NCBI RefSeq assembly: GCF_006345805.1
Contig: NC_043001.1
Span: 93,682,001-93,746,000, forward strand
Source: Octopus sinensis
Lineage: Eukaryota
Direction of reading: 5' to 3'
Length of the DNA stretch: 64,000 nucleotides
The notes below the pieces were generated by a model. That model was not told the DNA's origin, did no database searches, and saw only the letters and a program-made list of their open reading frames with translations. Below, in pieces: positions 34,161-46,801 of the stretch (position 1 is its first letter; each line of letters opens with the position of its first letter). A program made the position numbers and the translations under genes.

Positions 34161-35008
34161 GATGATGATGATGATGATGATGATGATGCTAATATTAATG
34201 TAACTACAAATATTTCAAAAGCATCAGGTGCTGCATTAGAATTTGTAAAAGCCATAAGAATTGTTAGCATTGAGAATCTCGAGAAAGACTACGAATGAAG
34301 AAAAAGCAGTAGGAGTGAGAGAGAAAAAGTGAGAGAGAAATTAAAAAAAACTAAAATGGTCATGTGTGTATAACATTAATTATAATAACATTCCTTTAGA
34401 CAGGAAATCGGAGAGGGAACACACAGGGATCTAGAAAAACAATTTAAGAGAAAGTATGTGATTGGGTTTCTTAAAGCAGTCGAATTCTCTATGTATATTT
34501 TTGCCTGCATGTGAATATGAGCGGGGAATTACAAAAGCGTAGTATAAAAACTGAGAATTAACAGAATGAGAATTAATAGAAGAGCGTCAGTATTAACATA
34601 ATCTATTGTATAATGAGTCTCTCAAAAATCTCCATGTCTCAGCAAAACCTGAGCATATACACAAACAGACACACACATACATCCACCACCCACACATGTA
34701 TGTAAAGGTAAGATCAAGGTAGAGGAAGTAAGTGAGCTTCAAGTAATCCATAGAAGATATGAAAAACAACTTTCAGCAAAATTAGCGCATCAGTAGTAGT
34801 AGTAGTAGTAGTAGCAGCAGCAGCAGTAGTAGTAGTAGCAGCAGCAGCAGTAGTAGTAGTAGCAGCAGTGGTGGTGATAGTGGTGGTGGTGGTAGTAGTA
34901 GTAGGTGGTGGTGGTGTTGGTGATGGTAGTTTTGGTAGTGGTGGTAGAGGTAGTAGTAATAGTAGTAGGTGGTGGTGGTGGTGGAAGTAAGAGAAAGGCG
35001 AGTGGAAA
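33784..35008. repeat. Inverted duplication of a compound trinucleotide block with a unique 25-bp outer anchor
   Basis: TTTCCACTCGCCTTTCTCTTACTTC (33784-33808) is the exact reverse complement of 34984-35008. The (ACC/ACT/GCT) block 33840-34163 matches the reverse complement of 34790-34985, apart from an internal deletion. Confidence 0.85.
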
Positions 35009-35590
35009 AGCTTGAACACTATCGAAAGCCCTGTCACCCTCGTCCGTGTGTATACCCCGACAATGTCCGCCGCCTCGGATGTCAAGGACAAATTCTACGG
35101 GAAACTTGCCTCCACTATCAAGAGCGAAAAACTTGTTTTCCTGGGCGACTTCAATGCCAGAGTGGGTGCTGACAACACCGCGTGGCCCTCTTGCCTCGGT
35201 CTTCTCGGGGTGGGGAAATCGAACGAGAACGGCCAGCAACTGCTCGAGCTCCGCACCTTTCACGGTCTGTGCATCACCAACTCCGTCTTCAAGACCAAGC
35301 CCCAACACAAAGTGTCTTGGAGACATCCACCCTCAAAGTATTGGCACCAACTGGACCTAATCCTGGTCAGGCGTGCCGCCATCAAGTGTGTTCCCCACAC
35401 GCGGACTTACCGCGGCGCAGACTGCGACACAGACCACCCCGTGGTGTGCTGCGAGATCAGGCTTCCGTGCAAAGAAACCGGGGACCCCACACATAGATGT
35501 CAACAGGATGTCTCAGCCCGACCTTGCAGAACAGTTTGCAGAGGCATTTGAGGAGGTGTATGATGCAACACAGTCCAGAGTTACTGCTGC
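35009..35590 (+). mobile_element. RTE-clade LINE fragment: APE endonuclease, truncated at both ends
   Basis: ORF 35012-35551: VYTPT, KDKFY, LGDFNARVG, NENGQQLLE, ITNSVF, VSWRHP, WHQLDLIL, ADCDTDH. Confidence 0.92.
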
Positions 35591-35884
35591 AAAAAAATTC
35601 CCCCCTTATCGAAGTACGATAAGCTGAAAAAAGATAATTTTATAGTTCACATTTAGCAACAGGAGTTGTTGCATATGTAAATAAACACCCCAAATGTAGG
35701 TAAAATCCAGGCTAAATATGTTTCATAGTTAGCGGAACCTCGGTAGTAATAAATTATCTAAACGAGGGGTAAATTGCATGCTACTCTTCAGGACAAGGAT
35801 ACCTTGACTATATGAAGTTTACATGGTCGGTAGGAGATCGCGTATTAACTCGTTGGGGATTCGATATATATACATATATATATA

Positions 35885-35947
<63 letters not shown>

Positions 35948-36028
35948 AGAGAAAAACCTCTATTAAACAATTCAATAGTGAAAGACATTATTCACACCAT
36001 ATAGAAAAAATAAAATAAATATATTATA

Positions 36029-36204
36029 AAAAAACTTATTCTAAAAATCAATAAAGTACATAAACAATAAGTAGTAAATAGTAGTACATTGATTTTATTA
36101 TTATTATCTATTTGAAAATATAGCCACGAAATGCGCGTAGTTAATTTACTAATATTTACTATTTCTTGTTTATGTACTTTATTGATTTTTAGAGTAAGGT
36201 TTTT
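36029..36204. repeat. Fold-back: about 58-bp inverted arms and a 60-nt spacer
   Basis: 36029-36086 versus the reverse complement of 36147-36204: about 5 mismatches, with the core CTAAAAATCAATAAAGTACATAAACAA identical. Confidence 0.85.
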
Positions 36205-36276
36205 ATAGCATACATTGTGAAATTTGATTTCGAATTGCTAAATTGACTATTCCCTGTAAATTTGGAATTATATTCC

Positions 36277-36389
<113 letters not shown>

Positions 36390-36656
36390 GTATATATATA
36401 TGTAAGCTGTATTTAAATATGAGCTGCTACGAGTTTCCTGCAGCGGAAACCGAATAATTCAGCACATATTTACATATCATGCTTTGTCTCTTTATGCAAA
36501 TCTTCAGGTTCGAATATATATCGCTGCTTTTATTTGTAAAGCAGGAGATGAAAGAAGAAGGATGAAAATAGTTTATTGAGAAAAGGCAGAACGAAGGAAC
36601 AAAGGATAAATAAAAACGTGTTTATGTGTGGTGTTTGTGTGTGTGCGTGTGTGTGT

Positions 36657-36697
<41 letters not shown>

Positions 36698-37039
36698 AGT
36701 GTACATGTCGGCTGTTAGATTTACGTCGGTGAATATTTCTTGATATTTCCGATCGCTGCCTGAATATTATCGATTGGACCAGATCCCCAAATTTTCTTAG
36801 TCTCAATATTTCGAGGTCAATTTCTCCGCCGATTTTGAACAGCTGTATACATTCTGTACTGCTGTTTGTATCCATAAACTTTTTTATCAATGCAGTAAAT
36901 TAGCTGGACGTACGTATTTAACGCACATTCCTAGCCGTCAATTATATATAATAAATATTACATTAAGTATCTAACATTTCTCCTTGACGAAATGAAAATT
37001 TACACATATTGAAGCAGTAAAATACTGCTCAACTAGAGC

Positions 37040-37430
37040 TGAACACATTCAATTCTGTTCATAAATTTAGAATACGGCTTCATGTGTCACAGAAACATAC
37101 ATTGGTCATAGGTATTTATAGCTACAACATGCGTATCAGCTTTATAAATACGTTGCACTAATTTGCATACACGATACAAGTGACAGTCACCGAATCGATA
37201 TATTTGTATTAATGCATATTTAAAATTTGCCATATAATCTGCTTAATGTACTGTCGATAAATTCATGTATGTATCTACGTACGTACGTACTTACTTATGA
37301 ATGCATGTTCTAGTTCTGTTAACGTTTTGGCGTTCAGTCGAGTGTACTGGTATTGATGTGGCAACATTTGAAATTTTGTCTAGGTAAATGCAGCTGATGA
37401 AGACTAATCAAATTTACGTTGTCGAACGTA
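37040..37430 (+). mobile_element. Possible decayed Penelope-like GIY-YIG/3' end with a hammerhead-like relic
   Basis: Frameshifted NLEYGFMC / TETYIGH words at about 37065-37110; CTGATGA-A-GACTAA..TTGTC-GAA-CGTA at 37394-37430. Confidence 0.3.
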
Positions 37431-37651
37431 TTTAAAGAGTTAGAAACCGGTCCTGCATTATCCGATTCTAGGTTGTCCATTTATCGAATGTTCTTCCTAG
37501 AGGTAAGACAATTTTTTTCATGTTTGTTGCACACACACGTCTTTGCTTGTATATACGTAGTGAAGCTATACAATAGCGTCGTATTTATATCGATTGCTAT
37601 TTTCTAGTAAATATTGGTGCCTTGTTGTACCATTTCTCTACTTTTATATAT

Positions 37652-37901
37652 ATCGCTGGTCACAATGCGCTTCGCATTGTTTAAGACTTCAATGACGCCA
37701 CCCCGCTGGCTAAGCGAGCAGGCCAACAGAAGAAAGAGTAAGAGAAAGTTGTGGCGAAAGAGTACAGCAGGGATCGTCACCGAGCCTCGTGGAGCTTTAG
37801 GTGTTTTCGCTCAATAAACACTCACAACGCCCGGTCTGGAAATCGAAACCGCGATCCTACAACCGCGAGTCCGCTGCCCTAACCACTGGGCCATTGCGCC
37901 T

Positions 37902-37904
<3 letters not shown>
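37652..37904 (-). mobile_element. SINE family B, tail type 2
   Basis: Reverse complement of the family B head with the type 2 tail. Confidence 0.88.
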
Positions 37905-37985
<81 letters not shown>

Positions 37986-38009
37986 ACATATATATAATCG
38001 TATGTTTAT

Positions 38010-38177
38010 GTCGGAGTAGGTGTGTGATAAGTAGTTTGTTTACCAACCACATGTTTCCGGGTTCAGTCCTACTGCGTGGCACCTAGAGCAAGTGCTTTCT
38101 ACTATAGCTTCGGGCCGACCAAAGCCTTGTGAGGGGGTTTGGTAGACGGAAAGCGAAAGAAGCCCGTCGTATATATG

Positions 38178-38255
<78 letters not shown>

Positions 38256-38458
38256 ACTTTGTGTGTCTGTGTTTGTCCCTAACATCGCTTGACAACCGAT
38301 ACTTTTGTGTTTACATCTCCGTAACAAGCGGTTCGTTGAAAGAGACCGATAGAATAAGTACTAAGCATATAAAAAATAAGTGCTGGGGTCGATTTGCTCG
38401 TCTAAAATGTGGTGCTCCAGCATGGTCACAGTCAAATGACTAATATATATAAGTAAAA
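38010..38458 (+). mobile_element. SINE family C, full length with an internal (TA)n(TG)n microsatellite
   Basis: Head and CORE-like part 38010-38170, microsatellite, then tail 38260-38458 ending GGTGCTCCAGCATGGTCACAGTCAAATGAC. Confidence 0.88.
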
Positions 38459-38529
38459 GAACGTTTATGTGTATTTTTATAAATTTATAAATGTAGATAT
38501 ATATTTCTATATATTTGCTTATGTGTAGT

Positions 38530-38735
38530 TCTTTTGTTTTAGTTATTTGACTGCGGCCAATCTGGACCACAGTTTTTAGTCGAACAAATCGACCCCGTGG
38601 GCCTATTTTTGTAAGCATAGTACTTATTCTACTGGTCTCGTTTGTCGAATCACTAAGTTAGAACAAACATAAACACACCAGCATCGGTTACTAAGCGATG
38701 GTGTGTGAGTGTGGGGGACAAACACAGACAGACAC
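38530..38735 (-). mobile_element. SINE family C 3' half, inverted relative to the preceding copy
   Basis: The reverse complement aligns to 38260-38458. Confidence 0.78.
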
Positions 38736-39149
38736 TCACAGACACACACACAACCTTCACACATACATACACATACACATAAATACATGCATATACATCC
38801 ATGAATGTGTCTGCGCATGTGCAAGTTTGGGTGTCGTTGCTCTGTGATGCTTGTCAATTACGGTGATATTGCAACAATCTTATAAAAGTGAGGTGGGTGG
38901 AGTCCATAGTGAGATTAACCAAAAATAACAACGGATAATCAGAGAGTAATTTGATGAAAAAGCAAAACGAGAAATTAATTGAGAGTGAGCAATCGGGAGA
39001 ATAAAGCACTTAGTCAGGAAGTGTAGAAGTTAATGTTTTTTTTTTTTTGGAAAAACAATTGAGATTTGCAGTTTATAATTTTGCTGATTTCTCATACGCA
39101 TATGTAGATATGTATACGTATATATATATATATATATATAATATATATA

Positions 39150-39192
<43 letters not shown>

Positions 39193-39195
<3 letters not shown>

Positions 39196-39742
39196 TGGGT
39201 TGCCCGGAAAGTTTGTGCCGATTTTTAAAGGAAAGAAAAAGGTCAATATATACTAGCCATTACATTTTTAATCAACCAAATACGAACCATTTTGTTGCAC
39301 AATGCGTCTCCATCTTCCCTTTAACTTGAAACTACCCTCTTCTCAGAATTGAGGTGGGTTAATGCCAAAGAATTCATCAAGGTGTCATTTTACGTCATCC
39401 AAGGAATTGAAGTTTTTACCATTAAGATTATTCTGCAGAGACCTGAATAAGTGGAAATCCGAAGGAGCAATACCTGGTGAATATGGAGGTTGGGGTAACA
39501 CATCCCAGCCGAGCTGCAGCAATTTTTGGCTGGTTCCCAAAGCATCAAGTGCCGAAAATGAACTTTTTTATCTTCCATTTTAAAGGGTTACAGAATTAAC
39601 ACAGGTTATAGGAACATAAACCTTCTTCCATGAAAAGGTAGCTTAAACTGTGCTCTAAATGGAGGTGTAGTCAAATCCTATTTCATGGACTCGACCAAGT
39701 TCTAAAATAAGTCGAAAGGTAAGCTATTTTCCGGACAACCCA

Positions 39743-39745
<3 letters not shown>
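39193..39745 (-). mobile_element. Non-autonomous mariner (about 550 bp) with both TIRs and TA target duplication
   Basis: TA-TTGGGTTGCCCGGAAA (39193-39210) / TTTCCGGACAACCCAA-TA (39728-39745). The minus strand encodes MEDKKVHFRHLML fused to ..LGWDVLPQPPYSPGIAPSDFHLFRSLQNNL... Confidence 0.92.
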
Positions 39746-39782
<37 letters not shown>

Positions 39783-39790
<8 letters not shown>

Positions 39791-39890
39791 ACCGACCAGA
39801 CCATCAGATGTTGTTACACATCGCTGGTCACAATGCGCTCGCATTGTTTTAGCCTTTGAATGACGCCACCCCGCTGGCTAAGCGAGCAGG

Positions 39891-39893
<3 letters not shown>
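39783..39893 (-). mobile_element. SINE family B type 2 tail fragment
   Basis: Matches 15220-15315 and 37652-37727. Confidence 0.8.
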
Positions 39894-39937
<44 letters not shown>

Positions 39938-40019
39938 TATATACGTCTTTGTGTGTGTGCTGTATATATAGGTATGTATGTGTGTATATGTTTACGTGTG
40001 CTTGTGTATTTGCATATAC

Positions 40020-40640
40020 ACGAACTGTTAAGAGGACTAGAATGAAGACCGCGAGAGTATGAGAAACAATTGTATTTATGATTAAAGAAGAAGCGAAATA
40101 ACTCAACCCACACTGATCTCTTATACATAACGTATATTGAATAATGAGGGAGCCATGTCTCAATACACTTTTGTAGTAGCTGAACATACTATAATGATTA
40201 ATCAACTATGTGTTTACAGCTTGAGAAGAAAATACCACTTAATGTAGATTCTTCATTCTAATCATTTACTCATTGTATGTTGATAGAGAGTAAAGTAAAG
40301 ATTCACATTCTTGTATGACTGTGTATTTGCAAATTTTGTATTTCGACTTCATTTTTATTACTTTCAGTAATTAGTTGCGTTTATCTTTTCCATCATCTGC
40401 TTACTGCTCAGTTTTGTAGATAACTGTATTTAGTATCATCGTGCTGCCCGATGTAGTGCAATTTCGTATTTAAAATTTGTTGATGATGTCATATGCTAAG
40501 AAGCCGCATATTTCCCCGAGAGCAAAATGAGATATACACCGTTGACACTGCTCCCCTTGGAGACGAAACTAGTTTCAGGTCGGTTACGCTTATTCTCTCC
40601 ATATTAGAATATAAAATAAAACACACTTGTATATTATTTC
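40020..40640 (+). mobile_element. Possible Penelope-like 3' end with an atypical hammerhead-like motif at 40538-40582
   Basis: CTCC(CCTT)GGAG-AC-GAAA-CTAGT-T-TCAG followed by AATAAAA; the 5' CUGANGA core is absent. Confidence 0.25.
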
Positions 40641-40764
40641 GTGTAAAGAATAGAACATAGAATGAGATTCAACTTTGGTTCGTAACTTTAGCGATACGTA
40701 TCTGTAATACAGGTAGTTCTCTGTTAACAGTGATGTTTGTAAGCAAAACAAAATAGAAAAAAAA

Positions 40765-40915
40765 TGTGTTTACGCCCCCGTACCTTAGCGGTTCGGCAAA
40801 ATATACCGATAGAATAAGTACTAGGCTTACAAAGAATAAGTCCTGGGATCGACTTGCTCGACTAAAGGCGGTGCTACTGCATGCCCACAGTCACATGACT
40901 GAAACAAGTAAAAAA
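40765..40915 (+). mobile_element. SINE family C 3' half
   Basis: CTTAGCGGTTCGGCAAA..GATAGAATAAGTACTAGGCTTACAAAGAATAAGTCCTGGG..ATGACTGAAACAAGTAAAA. Confidence 0.82.
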
Positions 40916-41303
40916 AAATATCTACAAAAGAAACGAAAATGAAAGTTGCAGAATTTTGTAACTGAAACTCTAAACATCATTTCTGACGGAATGGCAGCTT
41001 GTTCGTTTATATTTTAGCAAAAAATTTAAGTTAGTGATTGATATAAACTAGATAATTTACGTTCCACTGACGTAAGTTAACCAAGCATGTTTAATACAGA
41101 GTTTGACATAACATAACTTTAGTTAAGAAAAAAAAAAAAAGAAACATCGAAACAGACATTTATAATTATCCACACATTAACAATTGGTCATATTTACTTA
41201 TTCAGTCAAACGGAAGCAGAAACAAATCTCTGTTAATGACGAAACCTTCATGTTACATTCAAAACCTCCCACGTTCTAACCAGATGTAAGTGTCTATCAC
41301 TTT

Positions 41304-41419
<116 letters not shown>

Positions 41420-41757
41420 TAGTTTTTGTTGCGTTCATGCAACTTTATCGTTTTCGTTTCTTCCACTGAATATATTACACATACGTGGCTAAATACTAAA
41501 TGATATTCATGCAGAAAATACAGTGGGAATGTAATTACCAGACTAAAATAATGCCTTCTGAGAATGTTAGTAGCTCATTATAGCTTTAATTAGAAAAGTA
41601 GACTGCCGCTTTTGCCTTAATTAATCCACAAGTTGTTTGTAAGTATTTGTGTAAGTATAATCAATACATATTATATATCTATATCTGTATATATGTGTGT
41701 GTGTGTTGGTATAATTGTAAATACGTATGTATAGTTATACATATATAAGCATGTATA

Positions 41758-41788
<31 letters not shown>

Positions 41789-42146
41789 GTATGTATATCT
41801 CTCTCTCCTCTCTCTCTCTCTTTATATATATATTTATATTTATATATATATACATATACCGCTTAAATTCTATGAGCTTCGACTATTTCCGCTCAACTTC
41901 ATACTAATCGGTATGAAATTTTAGGAATGTATGCATGCTTATATTTCAGTTGTTGACTATGCATTTTGCATACTGGTTTAAAGAGATACGTATATGCCAA
42001 AACACAAACACCCGCATACACATACACACATACATACACATAGATACACAAACACGCACACATACACATATATGTAGTTTATATGTAGTTGTAATAAGAC
42101 GATAAGTGAAAGAGTGACATTCTGAAATCATTTAACACATGTATAA

Positions 42147-42540
42147 GCACAACTGTGTGGCTCTGTGGTGAGAACCTGGCTTCCCAACCACATGGTTTCG
42201 GGTTCAGTCCGACTGCATTGCACCTTGGGTAGTGTCTTCTGCTATAGTCTCGCGCCGACCAAAGCCTTGTGAGTGGATTTGGTAGACGGAAACTGAAAGA
42301 AGCCCGATGTATTTATATACATATATGTATATGTTTGTGTCTCTATTTGTCCCCCACCATCGCTTAACAACCGATGTTGGTATTTTTGCGTCACCGTAAC
42401 TTAGCGGTTCGGCAAAACGAAACCGATAGAATAAGTACTTGGCTTACAAGAAAAAAATACTGGGGTCGATTTCTTCGACTAAAAGCGGCGCTCCAGCATA
42501 GCCGCGCTCAAAGGACTGAAACAAATAATAGAATAAAAGA
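42147..42540 (+). mobile_element. SINE family C, full length
   Basis: Colinear with 38010-38458, with a shorter internal microsatellite. Confidence 0.88.
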
Positions 42541-42544
42541 ACAA

Positions 42545-42902
42545 TAGCACTCAGAGAGCGCAAATATCCGCCAAGGGGAACACCAAACGATTAGCCAGAG
42601 ATGATTTTTAAAATGAGAAACTCTGAAACAAACTTGACTGGTCTCAGAAACGAGAATACTAAAAATGAACTCGACCGGTCTAAAAGGTTTAGTAAAAAAA
42701 AAAAGGAAAAAATAATCCAGAGTCCTTTTCCGGTACCGGATCGATCTCAAAATCTAATAAGTTCGTGCCAGTTATGAGGCGAAAAATGCCCGAATTTTTT
42801 ATCCGAATCCATCCAGCGGTTCTTGAGATATCTTGCCCACGAACAAACAAACAAACACCACAGAGAATGGTACCTCCACGTTGGTTATGGCGGACGTAAT
42901 AA
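42545..42902. mobile_element. Probable non-autonomous Helentron/HINE-like element
   Basis: Sub-terminal TCCGCC (about 42568) / GGCGGA (about 42888), (CAAA)n, an internal CCGGTACCGG palindrome and a decayed terminal hairpin; no ORF. The class is assigned from a recalled architecture. Confidence 0.4.
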
Positions 42903-43640
42903 AAGAGCATGTATCAGGTTTGTGTAAAATATATATTCGGAAATTGATACATTACATAATTTTGAAATGTTTAACTGAGGAAGGTTTACGTAGTGGGTGC
43001 ATTTTCTAATACATATTACACAATCCTGAAACATTCTTTTTCAGTAATTGTAAAATATCACTATTGTGTTTTATTTCATTATTACAAGTTGTACGACTCG
43101 ATGCTAGTACAATGTTAACGGTCTAGAATCCACTGATATGGATACTCTGTAATATTTGACTCGACCCCCAAATCTCTGGTAGCGTGCGGTGCTACTTAGT
43201 GTAAGACGAATTACACAGACACAGAAAGATAAACATGTACACTATCACAAACACACACACAGAGACGTTTTCAAATATTGATGCCCTCGGTATTCATGAG
43301 TTGCTGGGAATCTGACCCCTGCTTAGCATGATATCTGTCCTTTACTAGTCTCTCATGGGGACACACTCTTCATGAGTAAAACTAGGCAGAGGGGAATAGG
43401 CGAAATACATTCGGTTGTAGCATAACGTAAACCAAACGGGGTTGTTTTTACAGAGAGTGCTTCTCCCATTCTGGTTGAATCATAAGATTAGGTGAGGAAA
43501 AGGTGAATGTGTAAGAAGCTCACTTAACTGCTTGGAAAAACAAGAATAATCAACTTCACAATCGAATGATATCAATTTCTATATTTTTACACCATACACA
43601 CACACACACACACACAAATGCGAGATGCATGCATATAATA

Positions 43641-43684
<44 letters not shown>

Positions 43685-44518
43685 AATATATACAAATATA
43701 TATTTACATGTATATATATATTTGTATATATATATGTATCATATATTATTTATGAAATGAAAATGTCAACAAGTTTATATTAGGTGGATTCCAATGCAAA
43801 TGTCAAGGATATCATGAAATCAATAATAACTTACTCATATGCTCCGTTATATTCCACTACAGGTAATGTCAAAATGCTTTTCAGAATCCGTGTTTGATCA
43901 ATATCTGCTTAAATCCAAGGCGTATATCGCTAGCTTCATTAGTTAAACGAAGCGAAATTCACCATGTTCAAATATACGTCCATTAAACCAGTTCTGTATA
44001 TAAGTTTATAATTGTTGAAGTTCACCTTATTTAACTACGGTTGCAATTTTATCTTGCCCATATGTTGATGTCTTATTTACCCAAAATGTCAAAGGTTTCT
44101 GTTGTAGTCATTGGATGTATGTTATAATAATGACAAAAGAACTGATATTGTATTTATTTTTTGTCTCACTTCACATTCACTTAAATAGGTAATCGAGTTC
44201 TTTATAGTCAAAGCGTCAGTAGAGTCAAAAAGTGAATAAATCTTCGCTATTAAACTTCTTGGTACAGATGACGGCTATAACCAAATCGAACGGAAACATC
44301 TTAAGAAAAGATAGCTGGACAATACAGAGAATGATATATAAAACTGCGGCGTGTTTATGTAGCGACTGCCCCTCTAGTAACGATGTTTTGATGAGGACTG
44401 TCTTGAGATCAGAAAGCAAGATCAATGGAATTAAAATAATCAGCCTGCTATATGTATGAGGACTGCAAAGAGACTTCATGTACACACACACACACGCACA
44501 CATATATGTGTGTATATA

Positions 44519-44618
<100 letters not shown>

Positions 44619-44632
44619 TTATATGTATGTGT

Positions 44633-44935
44633 GTGGAGGCGCAATGGCCCAGTGGTTAGGGACTCGTGATCGGAGGATCGCGGTTTCGATTCCCAGACCT
44701 GGGGTTGTGTGTTTATTCAGCGAAAACACCTAAAGCTCCACGAGGCTCCGGCAGGGGTGGGGGGGCGACCCCTGTTGTACTCTTCCGCCCTACCTTTCTC
44801 TCACTCTTTCTTCCTGTTTCTTGAGTAACGCTGCGATGGACTGGCGTCTCGTCCAGCTGGGGTGAACACATACACCATAGAATCCGGGAAACTAGGCCCG
44901 TGAGCCTGGCTAGGCTTGAATAGGGCGTATAAAAA
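44633..44935 (+). mobile_element. SINE family B, tail type 3 (V-domain-like GCTGCGATGGACTGGCG..GTCCAG)
   Basis: Family B head and body up to CTCACTCTTTCTTCCTGTT, then a tail unlike types 1 and 2. Confidence 0.82.
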
Positions 44936-45668
44936 AATTAAAAACTTATGTATATGTATGTATATATTTACATTATATATATATATCAACACAGATAAAC
45001 TAAAATAATTGAGGATATCTAGCTTTAGATTGTTCAATAGTTCTCTGAATTACAAATGTAAGAATCATAGCAGTGACTAAGATTAAAATACAGGTGAGAA
45101 TTCTGCCAACATGTTCATATTGGAGAGAATTTAGTACACTTTTAGTCCCTCAATTTAGATTTCAAGAGAAAGGTGCTAGAATGGAAGATTAGGTCTTGGT
45201 AGCAAAGGAAGAGAGTTTATCAATAGCAACACATTTACAAAATATTTATTAGACACAGGCATTATGTGTTAGATAGAGAAGGATGGTCTTCATTAAGACG
45301 AATAGGTACTTGATTTGAAATTCTCAACTAGAGGTACACATATTTCCAAGATCTACATACGAAGGTAATCATGTATGAGAGTTCAACTATGCATGGTGTA
45401 CACTGCCATGCAGTATAATAAATTCATCACAAAACAACTGACACATGCAACTGTCATCATCACCATTTAACGCTCATTTTCCATGCTGGCATGGACGGGG
45501 TGGGTGGGTGATAGGAGCTGAATATGTGTATATCTATCTATCTAGCTATCTATGTATCTATATATATATATATATGTGTGTGTGTGTATGTTTCTATTTC
45601 TCTGTCTCTCACTCTGTCTCTGTCTCTCTCTCTGTCTCTCTCTGTCTCTCTCTCACTCTCTCTCTCTC

Positions 45669-45707
<39 letters not shown>

Positions 45708-46634
45708 CTATCTCTCTATCTATCTATCTAAATATTCTTGTGTATGTGCCTGTGTGTATTGTGTATTCGTGCCTCCGCGCGGATGTGTGCGAACGTGCAT
45801 GTGCACTTGGGTGTGTACCTGTGTGTGTACGTGTGTGTGTGTGTGTGTGTGTGTGAGTGTGTGCGTGCGTGTGTACGTGTGCGTGGTATTGTTAATATAT
45901 CTAAGAAAATCTCGATATTAATGTGGTTAAAGTTTGAAATGCTTCGTTCTCATTTTCTATATTTTGATTCTGAACAGTCAAAAGACATTTTTAATATTTC
46001 CCATTCATTTGATGAAAGCATAAATTTCAATTGCCACCGCTATAAATATAAGGCTGCAGAACGTTAAAACAAGAATAAAAACACACGTTGAAAGAACCAT
46101 TCTAGAATATTGATTTAACACGCTGAAACAAGGACACACATTTGCAAGGGTGGGTTACGCCAATTCTATTGACTCTTGGACATTCATTCAATCAATTTTA
46201 TCGATACCGACTTAATGAAAGATAACAAAGCACCACCATGCATTTTCAGTTTATCACAATCTAGAAATCATGTCTGAATATGATTTCAATTGAAATCATC
46301 GAAATAAAAATTAAAGTCTATGAATATAACATCAATTAATGTAAAATAAAATACGAAGATTAAAATTCCTTCGAAAACGCTGAAATGCAGGTGGAAACGT
46401 GAGGATTTGGCTTTAATATTCCCGAGTTAAAATTAGTTTGCGAAAAGAATTATATGTTAATATAATTCTAAATAATATAAAATCTATTTCTAACTAACTA
46501 TATATATATATAATAATTCTTTATATGTAAACATACATGCATGCACTCACATATACATATTCTGAATGGGAAGTATATATACACAATGCATGCGCATGAG
46601 AGTCTCTCTCTTACCCTCTCTTTCTTCCTCGCTT

Positions 46635-46643
46635 TCTATCTAC

Positions 46644-46706
<63 letters not shown>

Positions 46707-46732
46707 ACTATCTATCTATCTATCTATCTATA

Positions 46733-46800
<68 letters not shown>
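46635..46800. repeat. (TATC)n microsatellite (others at about 32935-33017, 50590-50640 and 57230-57360)
   Basis: Directly visible. Confidence 0.95.

Positions 46801-46801
<1 letters not shown>

Noticed and set aside
33816-35091. Poly-Val/Ser/Thr/Gly ORFs suggesting a mucin-like protein
   Set aside because: They are trinucleotide repeats read in frame, present in both orientations because of the inverted duplication.
34790-35496. Overlapping ORFs 34790-35326 (minus), 35046-35360 and 35182-35496
   Set aside because: They are shadow frames of the GC-rich RTE endonuclease fragment.
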